Assembly: GCF_018350175.1 (NCBI RefSeq)
Contig: NC_058382.1
Span: forward strand, 48,982,001-49,046,000
DNA from: Felis catus
Lineage: Eukaryota
Direction: 5' to 3'
Length of the DNA: 64,000 bases
Each line of letters opens with the position of its first letter. The first letter of the stretch is position 1. The translations under genes were made by a program, and so were the position numbers. Shown piece by piece: positions 34,954-50,752 of the stretch. The notes below the pieces were generated by a model, which saw nothing but the letters and a program-made list of their open reading frames with translations, did not search any database and was not told the DNA's origin.

Positions 34954-37900
34954 CCCAAGCAGGCTCCTCACAGCCAGCAGAGAGCACAATGTGGGGCTCA
35001 AACTCATGAACCATGAGATCATGACCTAAGCTGCAATAAAAAGTCAGACACTTAACCGACTGAGCCACTTAGGTGTCCCAAAATGTTACCTTCACAGTTT
35101 CACAATTAAAAAATATAAACAGACAGTTACCTGAGCATTGCCATACTGCACAGTGGAACAGTAGTTCTTGATGTCACTCTTGCAAGCTTCATACAGATCT
35201 GGTTCCAGACGGATGTCCTCTGTCTGTATGGGAGGGGGCCAGCATGGAAAAGTGAGGTTACTCAAAACTGGAGATGTCAAATGTTCTACATATTCACGTA
35301 CTGACCAGATCTTGTCTAGTGACCACAACCTTTACACAGCAAAATAGGAGCAGTGGGGCCACCGCAGTAAAAGGAGAGCTGGCATTTAGTTTCAATTCTG
35401 CACTAACTAGCTAGATGGCCTTGGACTTTTTTTGCAAAACAAAATGCTGCCACCTACCCGGCCCCTTCGCAGGACTGCTGTGAAATGAAGTAAGATAATA
35501 TGATGTGGAAACCACTTCAGGAAATTAAAGCATTATATAAATGTAGGGTTCTACTTTTATTATTGTTTTATTGAAAGAGCGAGGTCCAACGCTAGGGACC
35601 CAAAGTCTCAATTACACTAGGATATCGAGGAGAGCTCCACTTCACACATAATTACCACCGAATCACTCCCACCCTACGTGAAAATCTGGTAATGTAACTT
35701 TTGCAATATTACTGGTGTTTGGTGTTCATTACTAGTTTTTAGTTTTTATTTAGACTGAAGTGAAATAAGTAGAATTCACAATACAGAATATACTAAGCAT
35801 TTTTAGCTGTTTAGCTTAACCTCAAAAGCAACATAAGTTTCCCCTTAGAGCGCACACTGCATTCGACTTGCCAGTAACTGTTGTACCTCGTGATCTGTAA
35901 GCTCTTCAGGGCATGGCATTCCCCTGGAGACTGTTGTGGGTCAGGGAGTGGGCACAGATCTCCAGCTGACACGAGCAAATTGAGGGAAGGATCTGGCTAC
36001 AGGCTGTGGGGGAGGGAGGAGGTCTCTCCTGTTCTACTTTCCTGCTGGAGACGACGTGGAGCAGGAGGCCAGAGCCGCTGCAGGTAGCCATGGTGAGGGG
36101 AAGCAGCCTTACCATGAAGCTGGTGCCACGAACAGCAAAGCAAACAGGGAGAGACCCTTGATCCTTGAGGGCATTACTGATGCACGGACTGTATCATGTG
36201 CTTACAGCTTGTCCTATAGTGAGCTTCCAGTTACATGTGGTAAAAATACTTTATCGGTTAGGAAAAGTGAAGCAAGAAGCTGTCACATGGTAAGATCTGA
36301 GCACAAGGCTCCAAATCTTAACAATCATAATAATGGCTAAAACCTTTCAATTTGCCCTCACCCTTCACCCAACTTTCCAGACCCGCCTCTGTGTTTCTGG
36401 GACCAGAGGCTGTGCTATGTATGAGGCATTACCATCTCTAGCTCCTCCACCCGCAGCTGCTTGCGGCACTTCAGGGACACCCTGTGTTCCTTGGCTTCCT
36501 GTAGAGTGTCATTGCGCACAGTGGTGCTCAGACAGATCACCACGTCCACCCTGCCAAGGAAAGGAGAAGGCTGAGACTGGCTGGAGCCACATGAGGGCAG
36601 AGAGCCAGGGGCTGAGCTGGGGCAGGGGCCACATCAACACTCCAGAATGCATGACCCTCTTTACCACGTTTTTGAATGCTTTTTCTAGAAGTCTCATTGT
36701 GTTAAAAGCGCTAAAAGCAGTAACCTGACTCTCTTATGTCACAAATGACTGAAGGCGCACTACAATCCTGACAGGTAGGGAGGCCACAAGAGGGGACGTA
36801 AGGACAGTTCAATGCTTGTTTTGCTAAAAACATGAGACCAGAGAGGAATGCTGCTCTTAACTCTAGACTGTGTCTTTCTTTGATGAGCTGTGAAATTCAT
36901 TCTTGAGAGGTACAGGACCTTGAGCAAAATGGGAACTTGATTTATATGAGGGAGAGAGATGTGTTCTAGAAACATGCCTTTGCAAAGAGTAAGATGGAAG
37001 AATTCAGGCAGCCATGCTGTAAAAGCCCATCACCGTCTTCACTGAGACCTAATTCTTTTTTTTTTTTTTTTTTTTAATGTTTATTTTTGAGAGAGAGCCA
37101 GTGTGAGCAGGGGAGGAGCAGAGAAAGACAGTGAGAATCCCAAGTAGGCACCGCACTGTCCACGCAGAGCCCGATGCGGGGCTTGATCTCATTAACTGTG
37201 AGATCATAACCTGAGCCAAAATCAAAAGTGGGACGCCTAACCGACTGAACCACCCAGGCGCCCTGAGACTGAATTCATAAATGAATAAAGTTTTTGTTTC
37301 CAAACTAGACCTCTAATTCAGTAAAAGCCCCTGCTGCTCTCCCAAAGAGTTAACATAACGGAATGATGTTGGGAGGCAGTTAACCTCTTATTCATACTAT
37401 AACTGGCTTCTCTAAGTAACAATCTAAATCTGCCTCTTCAGTCAGACAGCCTGAACCTGGGAACATTAAAATCGCCCCTTTAGCCTCCAGGCTCTCTGTG
37501 TCAGAACCACCACCGTCCCCTGTGGCTGCAGGCAGCCATAAAGATCATGTGGCCACACAGCCCAAGTGCATGGCCGTACTACCAAGGGAGTGTGCAGGCC
37601 TCCAAGGCTAACCCTACCAGTACACAGGACATTTGTCCAGAGTTTAGGGAAGCAGAATTAATCAATTAAACGTTACATACTTCTTTTTTATGTTGGGGCA
37701 AAGTTTCAACACATCCTCCTTGCAGGCCATTTTAAACTTGTAAGAAAACCGAAAATCCTTCATCTGCACCTGAAAAAGATGATGAGAAAGAAAATCAGCA
37801 GCTCTGTGGCAAGTTCCGGTTGGCAGTGCTGGCTGATTGCACAGAGACTGCAGAAGCCTGCCTTCCACGCCCTGTGAAACTTGCTCTCCATCTCAGACTT

Positions 37901-40900
37901 CGTGACCTGCCAACCTCCCCATTATTCCCTCTGCTAAGGGTACCCTGGCGTTCCTGCCATTCCAATCATGCTGCTCCCTCTGCCACGAAGCCCTTCTCCC
38001 AGATCCTCCCTGGTCCGCGCATCACCTCCTCAGCATTTCTACTCAAACATCTCCTTCTCAAGTCCCCTTTCTCCTTCATCCTCTAGCCCTTATGCAGCTC
38101 TAGCCCACCTGAGACTCTGTACTTATTTGTAAATGTGTTTTGTGTCTTTCTCTTACTAGAACACAGAACAGACAAGGGCAGGGTTTGTTGCCCACTGTCT
38201 CCAGTACCCACACTCCAGAGGCCCTCAATATCATTTGGTAAAGGCAGCCACGTAGCCCATAGGCCCTGGGAAGAGATCAATTTTATACAGATGACAGATT
38301 CCATCCTCCCGGGAAGGAAGTGCTTGCTTTACCAGAAACACTTTCTTTAGACATGTGTAACTGTGAAAAGTACAGTTTAACCTGATGTGGATGCCAGACC
38401 TGGGTAGTACGATTTAGAAGAAAAAAAAAAAGGCTTAAGAGTTCAGTACACTGATAGACATTTGGGCTGCTGCACTGAACAATGACAAAACAGCAGATCC
38501 CAGTCATACTTTCTGTGCAAGCAAAGGTTAACGTATCTTATGAAAAGCAAACAATGTGACTCATCGCTATTCCCTAAGGGTACAGACTCCATCTTTATTT
38601 AGCACTGCATTCCTAGAGCCTACCATCGTGCCTGGCCATAGTGGAAAAGACCGTATTTTTTGAGAGCCAGAGAGGACATATATTTGGAAAAAAAAGATTT
38701 CTCACAGAAGAGGTGCCCTGATGCTCTGGAAGAGAAAGAATTCAGAGCCATCCAAGCAGCCAAGACAGCCAGGATTTGCCTGCTGTTACTCACCAGCTGG
38801 AAGTGGGTAACTCCAATGGCGCACTTCTCATTCATATCCTTCTGGTGTTTGTTCTGAATCAGACACTCCATCAGGTCCCCAGAGTCTATCTGGTTATCTG
38901 CCACATCCTGGGGAAGGCAGTGCACATTTACATTTCATTTCTAACAATTAGTGAACAAATCGTGCACCCTAGTTCATAGAAAAATGGAAAACGAGACTGA
39001 TTCTAGAGCCTTCACCAACAAGATGCCTCATAAATTATACCAAAATAAGCCTGCGAAATTACAAGGGATGTTTATCAGTGTTTATCAGTATTGGCACAGC
39101 AAGCTGCCCTGCATGAAGCTCCGACACGAACATGTACTGTGCAGGGTTTTTACTCCTTCCCCTACATGACGCCAGCAGCTGGCTTTCAGCATCACACCCA
39201 ACATTGCCTCCTGGTTCCGGCATGGTTTCACCCCTGTAATTTAGCTAGTTCAAAATAACAGAATTAATTTAATTTACAAGAAGAGAGTCGGGAGGTGCAG
39301 CTACTATTAATGCTAACAAACCCCAGGCTGATGTATTGGCGGCAACACGGCTATGCTCAGGAGGGCCTCCCCCTGCCCCCTTGTAAAGGGCATCTCCACA
39401 ACTGCCACTAACCACATACCAGGTCATCTACCAACGATAATCAAATAAGGTTTCTGAGAATGGTGGCACCCGTCTCTTGATTTTGTTTACATTTTTCACT
39501 TTAATTCATCAATCTGATGATCACTCAGGAGTAATGTATGCCGAAGACAAGGAAGTTAGTGCAACACACAAAGTCCCAGTGAATTTGGTTTTGTTTTGAA
39601 TCCATTTCTCCAGACATTACTTACGTGGCAGAAGTTCTGAATTATGGGCTCACAGGCTCTCATCAGTAAGGCTTCGATCTGAATATCCTGTGGGAGATTA
39701 AACATATTAATAATTCTGCTTTAGAGTCAGTAGTTTAGGAAGCGGGCCAAGTTTGTGTTTCCGACTCAGTAGCAAGTGATGGGCATTTGCCATCGCCATA
39801 ATCTAAGGTGTCCATCTGGAAGCTAGTCGGGTCTTTAGGTTAGACAGCCACAGCACAGAGAGAATTGCTCCTTCATTATATTCTGAAAGGCAAGGTTTTC
39901 TAGAGGCAGATACCCCTTGGGCCTGAGCAAAAGATAAGGCAGAATTAAGAACAGTACAGAAAATAAAACATTTAACAGTAATCCTAGTGTTTAGCCTTTG
40001 GAGTTTTTCCAAATGGCTAAGCAGTTCAAAATGAAAATGCGGGTAACTGACATCTGTCTTTAGTTTATAAGCTCCTAAAACAGACGACAAACCACTGCCT
40101 CTGGGGAACATACACAAATGCCTTTAAGCAGACAGCAACCTCTGTGCAGCACTGGCTGCTGAAATAATATCTTCCTTTAAAGAGTGACACACCCCAGAAT
40201 GTCCTCAAAAGCCCATAAGGACAATGAAAATTGGAGAAGGGAGATGACAGAAGATGAAAGAAAGCAATAAACTTTTGAAAAATAGAAAGCAAAAAAAAAA
40301 AAAAAAAAAGACTAGCTGAGCAATGTAATTGTACGTATTGATACTTTTGACAATTCAAACAGTTCTAAAAGGCTTATGATAAAAAATATAGCAATTTCCC
40401 GTTTCCCTGATTTCTGCTCCCACAAGACCATTTTAACATTTTTATCTGCTCCTTCCCCAGTAATGCTGTATTTCTAAATAGTATTTCTTGCTTATGAGAC
40501 TTTCTAATTTCTTTTTTAATATTTTAGTGAGTTACACGGATAAACACGTGTATTCAATCTTCCACATTTAAGTGGAAATCCCAGCCTTTTATTTTCTTAA
40601 TGATGACACAAACATTACCAGATGACCTAACCGAAAGAGCTAAGGTAAGAGAACAGGAACGGGAATGTTCGGACTGGGCTTGCACGTGACTGAGAGATCT
40701 GAAGCACAGCTGCTAGCTTTTCTTAAAGGCCAGGGAAAAGATTGGTCTAATCACTGTGATAATTCTAATTTATGAAGAAAACCAAAGGGCTAAATGTATG
40801 GGCTATTTCTCTGGAGAAATGAGGAGAGGGGTTTAGGAAACAAAACAAAACACTTCTTGGTAAAGCCAGCGGAGAGAAGTGACACTCTCGGGGCTGAAAA

Positions 40901-43900
40901 ACAGCAAGCCTGAGAACAGAGGACAGGTTGCTGACAGGGCTGCCGCCATCTACAAGCTGCAGACTGCTTACCTCAGATTCTAACTCAGTGAGGTTGCCGA
41001 CTATATCTCTGCACTCTACAGCCAGGTCGTCAAGGTGGTCCTGGAGGCACTCTAGCTCCTGCAAGTAAGAAAGCAATCCCTTGGCATGTGTCAATTATAT
41101 AAATGAACAAGGGAAGCAGAGAGAACAGGGTCTACTACTTCCTTTTCAGTGGTCCTCCTTATCTTTCCTTTTAAAAACTATTTCACTGAACAGAACACTA
41201 AAGCTTTATTTGAGTCCCCAAACTGGGATTGTTGAAAAATAAGTACTTGATGTAAAAGGGTAGTTAAGAGGGTCACAAGGGGCTACAATAGCCATGCAAA
41301 TCCTACAGAAGGCCCAATCAGTAAGTCCAACAAGAATCAATGTCGAGATGTCCTCAGAGTCTAAAAATTTCATCAGGCCTTTATTCCACTCTATCAACAA
41401 CCTGCCATTCAATTTTAACCTATGTTTTGAACACCTTTGCTCCCATTTTAAATCTGAGCACCAATAATAATCAACGAACAACAGATTTACAGGGAAAGAC
41501 ATGGAACATTTTAAGACTTTTCATGAGCAAAGTAGGCTGGGACCCAGGATCCAAAACACAGCATAGAACTTATAGCTCCTGCAAGTCAAATGTGGGATTC
41601 TAACCTTGGCCCACATAGAAAGATCCTGAGGAAAACTGCAAAGCAAATGAGCACATTAGGGTTTGGACATCTAAACACTATCTCATCTAGGCTTTGGAAA
41701 CTGACCTGGAGAGACCTCGTAGTATCATTCCATGACTATTCCCTTTAGAAACATAGAGGTTTTAAGTAGAACAGAAGCTCATTTTCCCAAAGCATATCAA
41801 CAGCTATTTCTCAGCAAAGGGCTCTATTAAAGGATCAAGTTTAACTTACTATTTTGCAAGAATCTCTGTTTTGGAATTAGAATAGGAAGTGATGAGCAGG
41901 GGGGTGTAGGAATTATACAATGCCCAGAAAGCGGGGGTGGGGTGGGGAATCCCTAAAGGAAAATGCATAAAACCTCGGGAGTAAGATAAATGGCTAAGGG
42001 AAAAATCCCAGTCATAGAATCCTTTCCTGAGCCAAGCTTCACAGCAATGGACTGCCACACAGCATAGCTTTCTCACTGTTACTTCAAAGGGGGTATGGAA
42101 AGAAACTGTTTTCTGGGATTCCATGTGACCATATCTTTTGTTTCATTAGACAGAGGCAGCAGAAAGCTGAACTGCAAGCGTTTTCTAACAATAAATTTGA
42201 CAGAACTGCAGCAGGCCCAGGAGGTAGCCTGCTGAAAATGGCATTCCCAGGGTGAGCAGATCTGAATAGTGAGCCATGTTGCTTCTTAAACATACCCCGT
42301 TCCTGCACGGGTAAGTTTTTAATAGTTTAATCCCAGAGGATATTCTGGAGTAGTAAAAATGGAACCTAGAAACCTGAGTTCACACTTTGTGCTAGTATTA
42401 CTGGAGCTTTAAACAAGGACTTACTCCTCACCACAGAGGACACACTACCTTCTAACTTCATTTGCTAGAAAGCAGTAATGTAGCTTTTCTATTTTTTTAA
42501 AGCAGGCACAAAATCGTTAGGAACCATTCACAGCATGCATGTAATTCTGGGGGCTGCTGCTTCTCTATGCTTTCCGGTATGGAGAGGTTATGACACAACG
42601 GACCAGATGTCTGGTTAGGATTACACCTGAGTATTAGGAAAGGAAGTCAGTACACTTCCTTCACTTCTTGAGTCTCAATTCTGTCAATTACCAAATGGAA
42701 AAGATAATTCCCATTCCTACATATCTCATAGGACTACTGGATGGCATGCATGCTATTCATGTATGCCAGTATTTAGAATTGTTTATATTTATACACTGCC
42801 TTCTCTCGAAAGGACTTAACGTACCTTGTAAAAGTGAGAAGAGAAAAAAAAGGCAATATAAAATAAAGTTAGAATGAGTTAAAAAATAGGAAGAAAAAGA
42901 AAATATGGTAAAGAAGGGGGGATGGAGCTAGCAGCAAACCTGGTACACAAAAGCCTACCACAAAATCTCATATACTTGCTAGAGGCAGGTCATACCTTTG
43001 GCTCCAGGCTTTTTAAGAGGCAACACGAAGGGGGAAAATAATCGCTTCCAAAATACAGTAACCATAATATAAAAACAAACCAATGGCTTAGGAAAAGTAG
43101 TATTATTCCTTCCACAGAGACGAAAGAGAAAAATTTCCTTAGGATTTCTTATGAAGAGGACACTGAATAATGTAACAAAAATAAAGATTGTATTTTATGG
43201 TCTGTACTCTATATAAAATGTTAATTGTGATGATGATGATGATTATTACTACTGTAAGATAAATAGGTGGCTATGTGAGCTACCTGTCCAGTCTCTGTTT
43301 TTTCACTGCACCATTTTCCCAGATCGATAAGGCATTTATCCTGAAGGCCAGGATCCAGCTTAACATCCATGGCACGCTGGTGTAGGATCCTTTGGACTTC
43401 TGCTCGGCACTCTCGTGAAAGCTGTATGAGAAAGAACAAGCAAAATACTTTAAAAGTACCAGAAGCAAGGGTGCCTGGTTGGTTGAGCATCCGACTTCAG
43501 CTTGGGTCATGACCTCATGATCTCATGGTTCATGAGTCTAAGCCCCACATCGGGCTTGGTGCTGTCAGCGAAGAGCCTGCTTAGGACCCTCTGTCCCCCT
43601 CGCTCTCAGCTTCTCCCCTGCTCACACTCGCTCTCTCTCGCTCAAAAATAAAATAAACATTAAAATAAAAAAGCACCATAACCAAAACAAAAAAGCACTA
43701 GATAAAGGATATCTGTTGTCAGGAAACTAACAGAGAACATTATAGTAATTTATATAAACTTTATACCTCAAATCTCTTCCAGAATAAGGATTAAATTTTC
43801 TAGGAGACTTCTAAAAGCCTGTATCTCTAGGAATGAGATTATACATTCAATATTTTCTAATACACTATTGAGACAACATCCTTTTCTCAAAATACTCTGA

Positions 43901-46900
43901 TAAAAAGTGAACCGGATTTGTTCAGGTTAGGTTAGAGTTTTTTGTTCAGCGGAACTAATCTGCTATTACTCTATGAATGTAGAGTAGAATGCGGGCTCCA
44001 GTTCAGGAAAAGGCACACACTTGGGTCAGGAACATTAAGTTCAAATTTACCTAAACTCACAATAAGTCTAAAAACCATCTGTATCCTGGTTAAGAGCTTC
44101 TAATGGAACTTTAAAGTTAAATAAAATTAGGGTGGCAATATTTGTCTATTTGTCATTTAGATTTTGGTAATTTAGGGGCACCTGGGTGGCTCAGTCAGTT
44201 GGATGTCTGACTTTGGCTCAGGTCATGATCTCACAGTTTGTGAGTTCGAGCCCCACATCAGGCTCTGTGCTGACCACTTGCTCAGAGCCTGGAACCTGCT
44301 TCAGATTCTGTGTCTCCTTCTCTCTCTGCCCCTCCCCCGCTCACGCTTCGTCTCACTGTTTCTCAAAAATAAATCAATGTAAAAAAAAAAAAAAAAAAGA
44401 TTTTGGTAATTTAAAGAAAAAACTGGAAATGTCCCCTGACTTACTTTGTTGAAAATGTAAAATCAGATGGAAAGAAGCTGGTGAAGCAACTCTATGATTA
44501 GTCGCTGAATAATGGAAGTTTCTAGTAGTGCAGCAACCCCTCCCTGCCAGATATACTAATAAACAAAGTTTCCTACAATGACAGAAGTCAGCACAATACA
44601 ACAAACTAACTAAAAAAACAAATGGTTGATAAGAAGAAATGAAGTCAGTATTGAATGCATACCCTCCTGCCCTGTTCCTCTGTGCGGTAGGCATGTCTAT
44701 ATAAGCAGGAGAACACAGCTCCGGGAGGCATAAGTTCACTGGTTTCATTCCAACCATGGGTGTGGCAAAGACGAGATGCATCTCCTTGGCACTTGCGGTA
44801 TAAGACAGGGTCCAGCCTATAAAGTTAAAAGATATTCCTGAATTTTGTTCTTCAGGAAGACACAGTGGTCAATCTGTAGAAGTCTGTTGACCTTGGCACA
44901 GAAGATTTAAGTTCTACCTCAAAGAGGCCAAGACAGCTATGTAAGATGCGCAACATTACAACAGCAGACTCAGCACTAACACGCCCAGGCTGAAATGAGA
45001 AAATAAGGGCTGTAGCTTATCACCAGGCAATTCACAACTTTCCACTCAATACTTTTTTTCTAAGTGTGAAATTCAATCCTATCTGATACACTAGATTCAA
45101 TAGGATCAGGAAATGGCAAGATAAACAAAATCCCTCACTCGACTTCCTTTCCAGTAAAACTGTTACTCTTCTTCCTCCCATGCAAGCTAAGGCAGTTCCA
45201 TTTTTAGTTTACCTGAATATGCTTATCAACTTAAAAAACTTGACATTTAACTCTGACTCTGGAGACAATGGATTAAGGCAATGAGCCTGCAGCTTCTCCA
45301 AATCAGACCAATAGATGCTTAATTCTGTCCACATCATAATGTCAACTTTAGGGGAGAGCTAGTGAATGGGAGGAGAAAAGCTAATACTTAATGAGTAGCT
45401 TTTAGGCCTGTGAAGCATTTTTTTGATCATGGGTAAAGGAGTTACAGAAGAGGAAAAACAGAGTTTTGATTAAGGCAGTAAACTCAGTAAACTACGTAAA
45501 CAGAGTTTAGACTCTGAGTCTAAACTCAGGCTTAGACGGCCTGAGAAAGTACAGAGAAATTCCCATGTACTTTTCTGTAGTCCTTTCCAGAGCTAATCTG
45601 AGGACACAGAAATAAAAATACATTGAACCTTCTGAGTAATCACTTCCCAGTAAAGTTTGTGGGTGACATATTCAATCACTAGAAAAAGTTAATGACCAAA
45701 CTCCAGGGGTTAAGATAACTGAGTCAGGAAGGAGCTGAGCCTGGGTGCGGCAGGAAAAGCCAGCTTCCCAAGCTGTCGGGTCCTGGCTGTTCTGGAAGTA
45801 GAAGGGAAACTGAGACATAAAAAGAGGAGGGCATTGAAGCCAGTAAGTTACAGTGATTCTGACTGCAACACAGATCCTTCTTCTATTTCGTCCCCTACCC
45901 CTCCTTTCTTGACTAACAGGATGAGAAGAGAATTAGAGAATCAAGTTGTCACTTATTGATAAGAGCCTCTTAAGATAGAAAATTCAGTAACTTTGAATAG
46001 TTAAAGGAATAAAAGTAAATTCCCATATCCAGCACAAATCAATAAAAATTAAAATGCACTAGTATCTTCTTAGAAACGTATCTGAAGATGCTTCTGCTGC
46101 CCCACAGGTGCCCAAGTCCTTTCAGGATAGATGTTTGTGGTATCAGAAACATTTGACTCTGACTTCCAAAATAGTAGCGAATGGGGGCACACGGGGACAG
46201 ACCTGCAGGGGCTGCCTCAGCTTTGAGATACTATTCTGAAAGCAAGAAAGGTTTCTCAAGGGATTGGAGTGTGTCAGCTATCCCCGAACTTACAAACATA
46301 TTCCTACCGGTTATTTCAAATAATACAAAAGATACTGACTACACAGGAGAACATGCTGAGGCTTACACTTGATTCTGGCTTCAAAATACTCACTTCCAAT
46401 CTCGGGAGATGAAATACTGCAGCTCTAACAGACGGTGTTCACAATCTTCCACCATTTTCTCCGTGTACAAGTGCTCCATCAGGCACGAGAGGATCCTGGG
46501 AATAAAACAGGGATGAAATTGTAGCAACAGGTTTGGAATTCTCACATCAATATTTCCTTGGTCTGTAGAAAAAGTCATTGAGCTATTTTTGAGGGCAATC
46601 AGGGATTTACTTTTCTGAGAATAACTCAAATTAAATCAGTCTGACAATGATTATGGCTTCTAACTTCAGGACCACTTAGCACTTAGGACTTAGCTTACTT
46701 AAGATCTGTGTGCAGCTGCTTAATTTTTAACTGTTAGTTGTGAAAATTCTCCAACACACACAAAAGTAAAGAATCACACATTAGCCACCTTCCCTTCCCA
46801 TAACTTTATCAACGTATGGCTAAGTTTGTTTTAATTCTACACCCCCTTGCTGGTATTTTGAAGCAAATCCCAGATACCTTATCATTTTATTCATAAATAC

Positions 46901-49900
46901 TTGAGCATGTTTCTCTATGAGAACATAATACTATAACCCACGAAAAGAAATTAATTTTTAAAATCCTTAATGTCATGTAATATCCTGTTAGTTTTCAAAT
47001 TTTTTCCCAATTTTCTTATGCCTTTTTATATGTTCATTCAAACCAGGACCCAGAAAAGGTCCACACGCTGCATTTAATTGATAGTCTCTTCAAATGATTT
47101 TTAGCTATAGCAGTTCTCTCCTTCCCTCCCTCTTCCTTGACCCCTCGTGCTCAATGCAGTTATTTTTATATTGGTAAATATTCTTAATTAGTCTTCACTG
47201 TGTTTATCTATCTCCTCCAACTGCATAAAAAACTTTAAAGAAGAATACCCTTTTTTAATCCCCTGCTATAGCATGAACAGCAGGAGTGTATGCATAACAG
47301 AATGATGACAAATATGGACTGCATTCATTTTATTGTTGATTACTGCCAGCTGCAGGCTATGCGGATTTGTGCAGAATGGGAAACCTGTTCTTTACTTGCA
47401 AACTGGTTTTAAAACTAGTTTGTGCATCACATGGAGAAAACTACTGCATGACATTCAAATACTTTAGTATAGCATTTTATAGCTTTCCTAAATCTTGGAC
47501 GCAACTTCAGAGTTCATTTTGTTCATGATTATATCCTCTAACCACAACAGTTTTTATTTCAATTAGAATTAATTAATTTCTAATAATTATCAAGTAGCCA
47601 ATGTAAACAATGAGTCAATATACAAATAGGATGAACTACAGAGACAAAGTAATGTGTCACTTTATCCTGAGTGTTTCTCTCTCGTTTTCATTTGACCATT
47701 AAACGGATTATTCAGCGACTTAATGCACAGGCCCATACATGCTCGGTCACAGTCAGTGAACTTCAGCACAATGCTGGGTCTCGGTGTCTCTACATCATGG
47801 ATGAGGCAGAGCCAAGGGCTCCATTTCAGTACTAGTTCTATCAAAAGTTGGTATGTGTTTCTGTTTAGAAGGAATGTTTCTGGCGCTACACTGCCAAATA
47901 CAATACAATGTAAATAAATACCACAAATAAGATAACCTACATTGGGTCTCCTGATCTTATGTGTTTGCAGGCCGTCTGTATAACAGATTCACAAGCTTCA
48001 TTGAGAGCTCTATCAATGCGGTAATCTGCGCCAGGGTCCGTCTCCTGAATCAGTGTTTGCAGCTGGATTAAAAGAAAATTAAGAAAGAGGAACATCTCTT
48101 ACATATGAGGGAAGAGCAATGTCATCTTTTCAAATATTTACTTGGTCTGGTATATCACAATGTACTGTTAACAAGTTTAACAATTAACAATTGTCACTGG
48201 CCAAGCATAAGAGCTCCTGTCAAATACATTCCAACTGGCTTCTCTACCTTGAGCCTCAGTTTTTCTGTTTAAGCTACTGTGGGGATTGCTTGTCTACCTG
48301 TCTGGACCATCTCTGGACATTTCCAAAACAAAAGCTCTTTACAATATAAAGCCTGCCTTTTCCCTCATATCTGCCTATTTGTTAATCAGATTGCTAAATC
48401 TGACCCTCACGGCCAAGCCAGAATCGAGTGGACAAGGGTAAAGAGAAGACATTTCCACTCAGAGACCTAATTTGGTTGTAAGAATCTAGAATTTGGATTA
48501 TGCAGCCATTGGCATTAAAACAAGCATGCTCCACACTATTAAAAACAAATGTGAGATTTCATTTAACTTGTAAGAAATATCAATTAAAAAAACAAGAATG
48601 CAATACTTATAATTTCCATTTTTCCTCAATTATCTTTTATACAACGAAGAGGTAAAGCAGAACTTGCTCAATATACATATCCAGAAAAATACTTGTCGGG
48701 CGCCTGGGTGGCTCAGTCGGTTGAGCGTCCGACTTTGGCTCAGGTAATGATCTCGCGGTCTGTGAGTTCGAGCCCCGGGATGGGCTCTGTGCTGACAGCT
48801 CAGAACCCGGGGCCTGCTTCAGATTCTGTGTCACCCTCTCTCTCTGCCCCTCCCCTGCTCATGCTCTGTCTCTCTGTCAAAAATAAATAAACGTTAAAAA
48901 AAAATACTTGTCATGATACAGCTGAAAATGAGAGTATTTTCTTTAACATCTATTTTTGCCTGGTCCATTCTCTGTCATGGAATAAAGTGAGAGCATGAGA
49001 AGATGGGCCTCTAATTCTTTTTTCCGGTCTTTGAGGAGAAAGCAGTTGGGGCAGAGGAAAAAACTCCAAATTAGGGATCAGAGGACCTGAGTTCTATTAA
49101 TAGTTCTGGCTCTGCCAGAAATTAGCTTTGAGAACATGGTCATGATTAACCTCTACTGCAGTTTCTTGAACTGAGGAAGAATTACAAGAAAGAGTCATAT
49201 ACAAGAGAAGGATGTATAAACTGCAAAGCATTTTACACATGTAAAAGATCATTATTAGTACAGATGGATACCAGATGGTGTTTTGGGGTGGGAATCTTAA
49301 ATAACAGACAACAAATTTAAAAACTAGAATCCTTCTGGTTTGGGTTCCCTATTTTCCAAGTTAAAGTCCTTTCTGTGTCACAGATTTAGCCTTTGGAGGA
49401 GAGTCTTCTCTGATCTTCATACATGTGACCTACAATCCCACAGGGGCTCATACGAAAGCACTGACCCCATCACACATGGGGGGAGAGAACACAGATCAAA
49501 AGGAAATGAAGAAAGAAAATCCCAATTCTATCTATCCTAAAAAGTCAACAATCAAGATAAGAGAAATAGAAAAGATTTCTGGGGCGTCTGGGTGGCTCAG
49601 TGGTTGAGGATCTGACTGGTTCAAGTCATGATCTAGTGGTTTTTGAGTTCAAGCCCTGCCTTGGGCTCTCTGCTGTCAGTGAAAAGCTCACTTTGGATCC
49701 TCTGTCCCCCTTTCTCTCTGCCCCTCCCCTGTTTGTACTCTGTCTCTCTCTCTTAAAAAAAAAAAAAGTTTTAAAAAGTATTAAAAAAGAAAAGAAAACA
49801 AAAGATTTTCAATATTCTGGGAAGGAAGTTATTTATACCAATTGTCGGTGGCAATTTGGAGAAGCTACAAAATGCTCTGCTTAGCTGATAGGAAGATTAT

Positions 49901-50673
49901 CATCAATGTTAGTAGTAACATTTGCTGACAAAGACCAAAATATTTACATCTTTTTCTGAGGGAAGTTTTAAGTATCATGGGGATCTGGAAGTCTCTGCAA
50001 GAACTGTACAGGTTAAATATCCATAAGTGACAGGCAAACTTTGAGAATTCAAAATGAACACACCAGACTGCAGCTCCTAAAAGGAGACAATGACTGCCTT
50101 ACAGACTCTAGAGGGCTAACAGCCCAAGGGCTCACTGCCACTCTGGAGCCCAGGGACAGCAGTGTGGGAAACAAACACTATGAACATAAATCGCTACGTG
50201 ATTATACATCTATTCCAGCCCCCGACTGCTTAGGAAAAAACTGGGGAAATGCTTGTGAGAAATTTTCTTCTAGACAAAAAGGTGAGACGGGAGGTCCGTA
50301 TTTACCTTCCAAGATGAGCCACTAGTTCTTTTTAACAAGCTAAATTTCAAAAAGCCCTGGAGGTAGATGGTGTGAAATTAAGTTAAACCAACTTATTTTG
50401 TGTTTTTTTTGTACACTTTGGTATAAGTGTAGCCTCAGTAAAGAGGTTTATTCCTGACCAACTCCCTCCCCTTTACATGCTGCATTAAGGATGAGCTTCA
50501 AGTATAGGAAGTCTTGATTCACTCTTGGTCTGAGGCCCAAGCACATATTGTCACAGAGGTTTCCCAGGACAATCACCAGCAAGGATTGTTCCTGAAGAAC
50601 CACAATGTTCCAACTAAAACCACAGTAGATTCCTGAAGCCTTCCTTCTATCTGGGTTCGGGATTCTGGAGAAA

Positions 50674-50752
<79 letters not shown>

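Noticed and set aside
50448..50747. ORF with (IY)n
   Set aside because: Translation of a (TA)n microsatellite.
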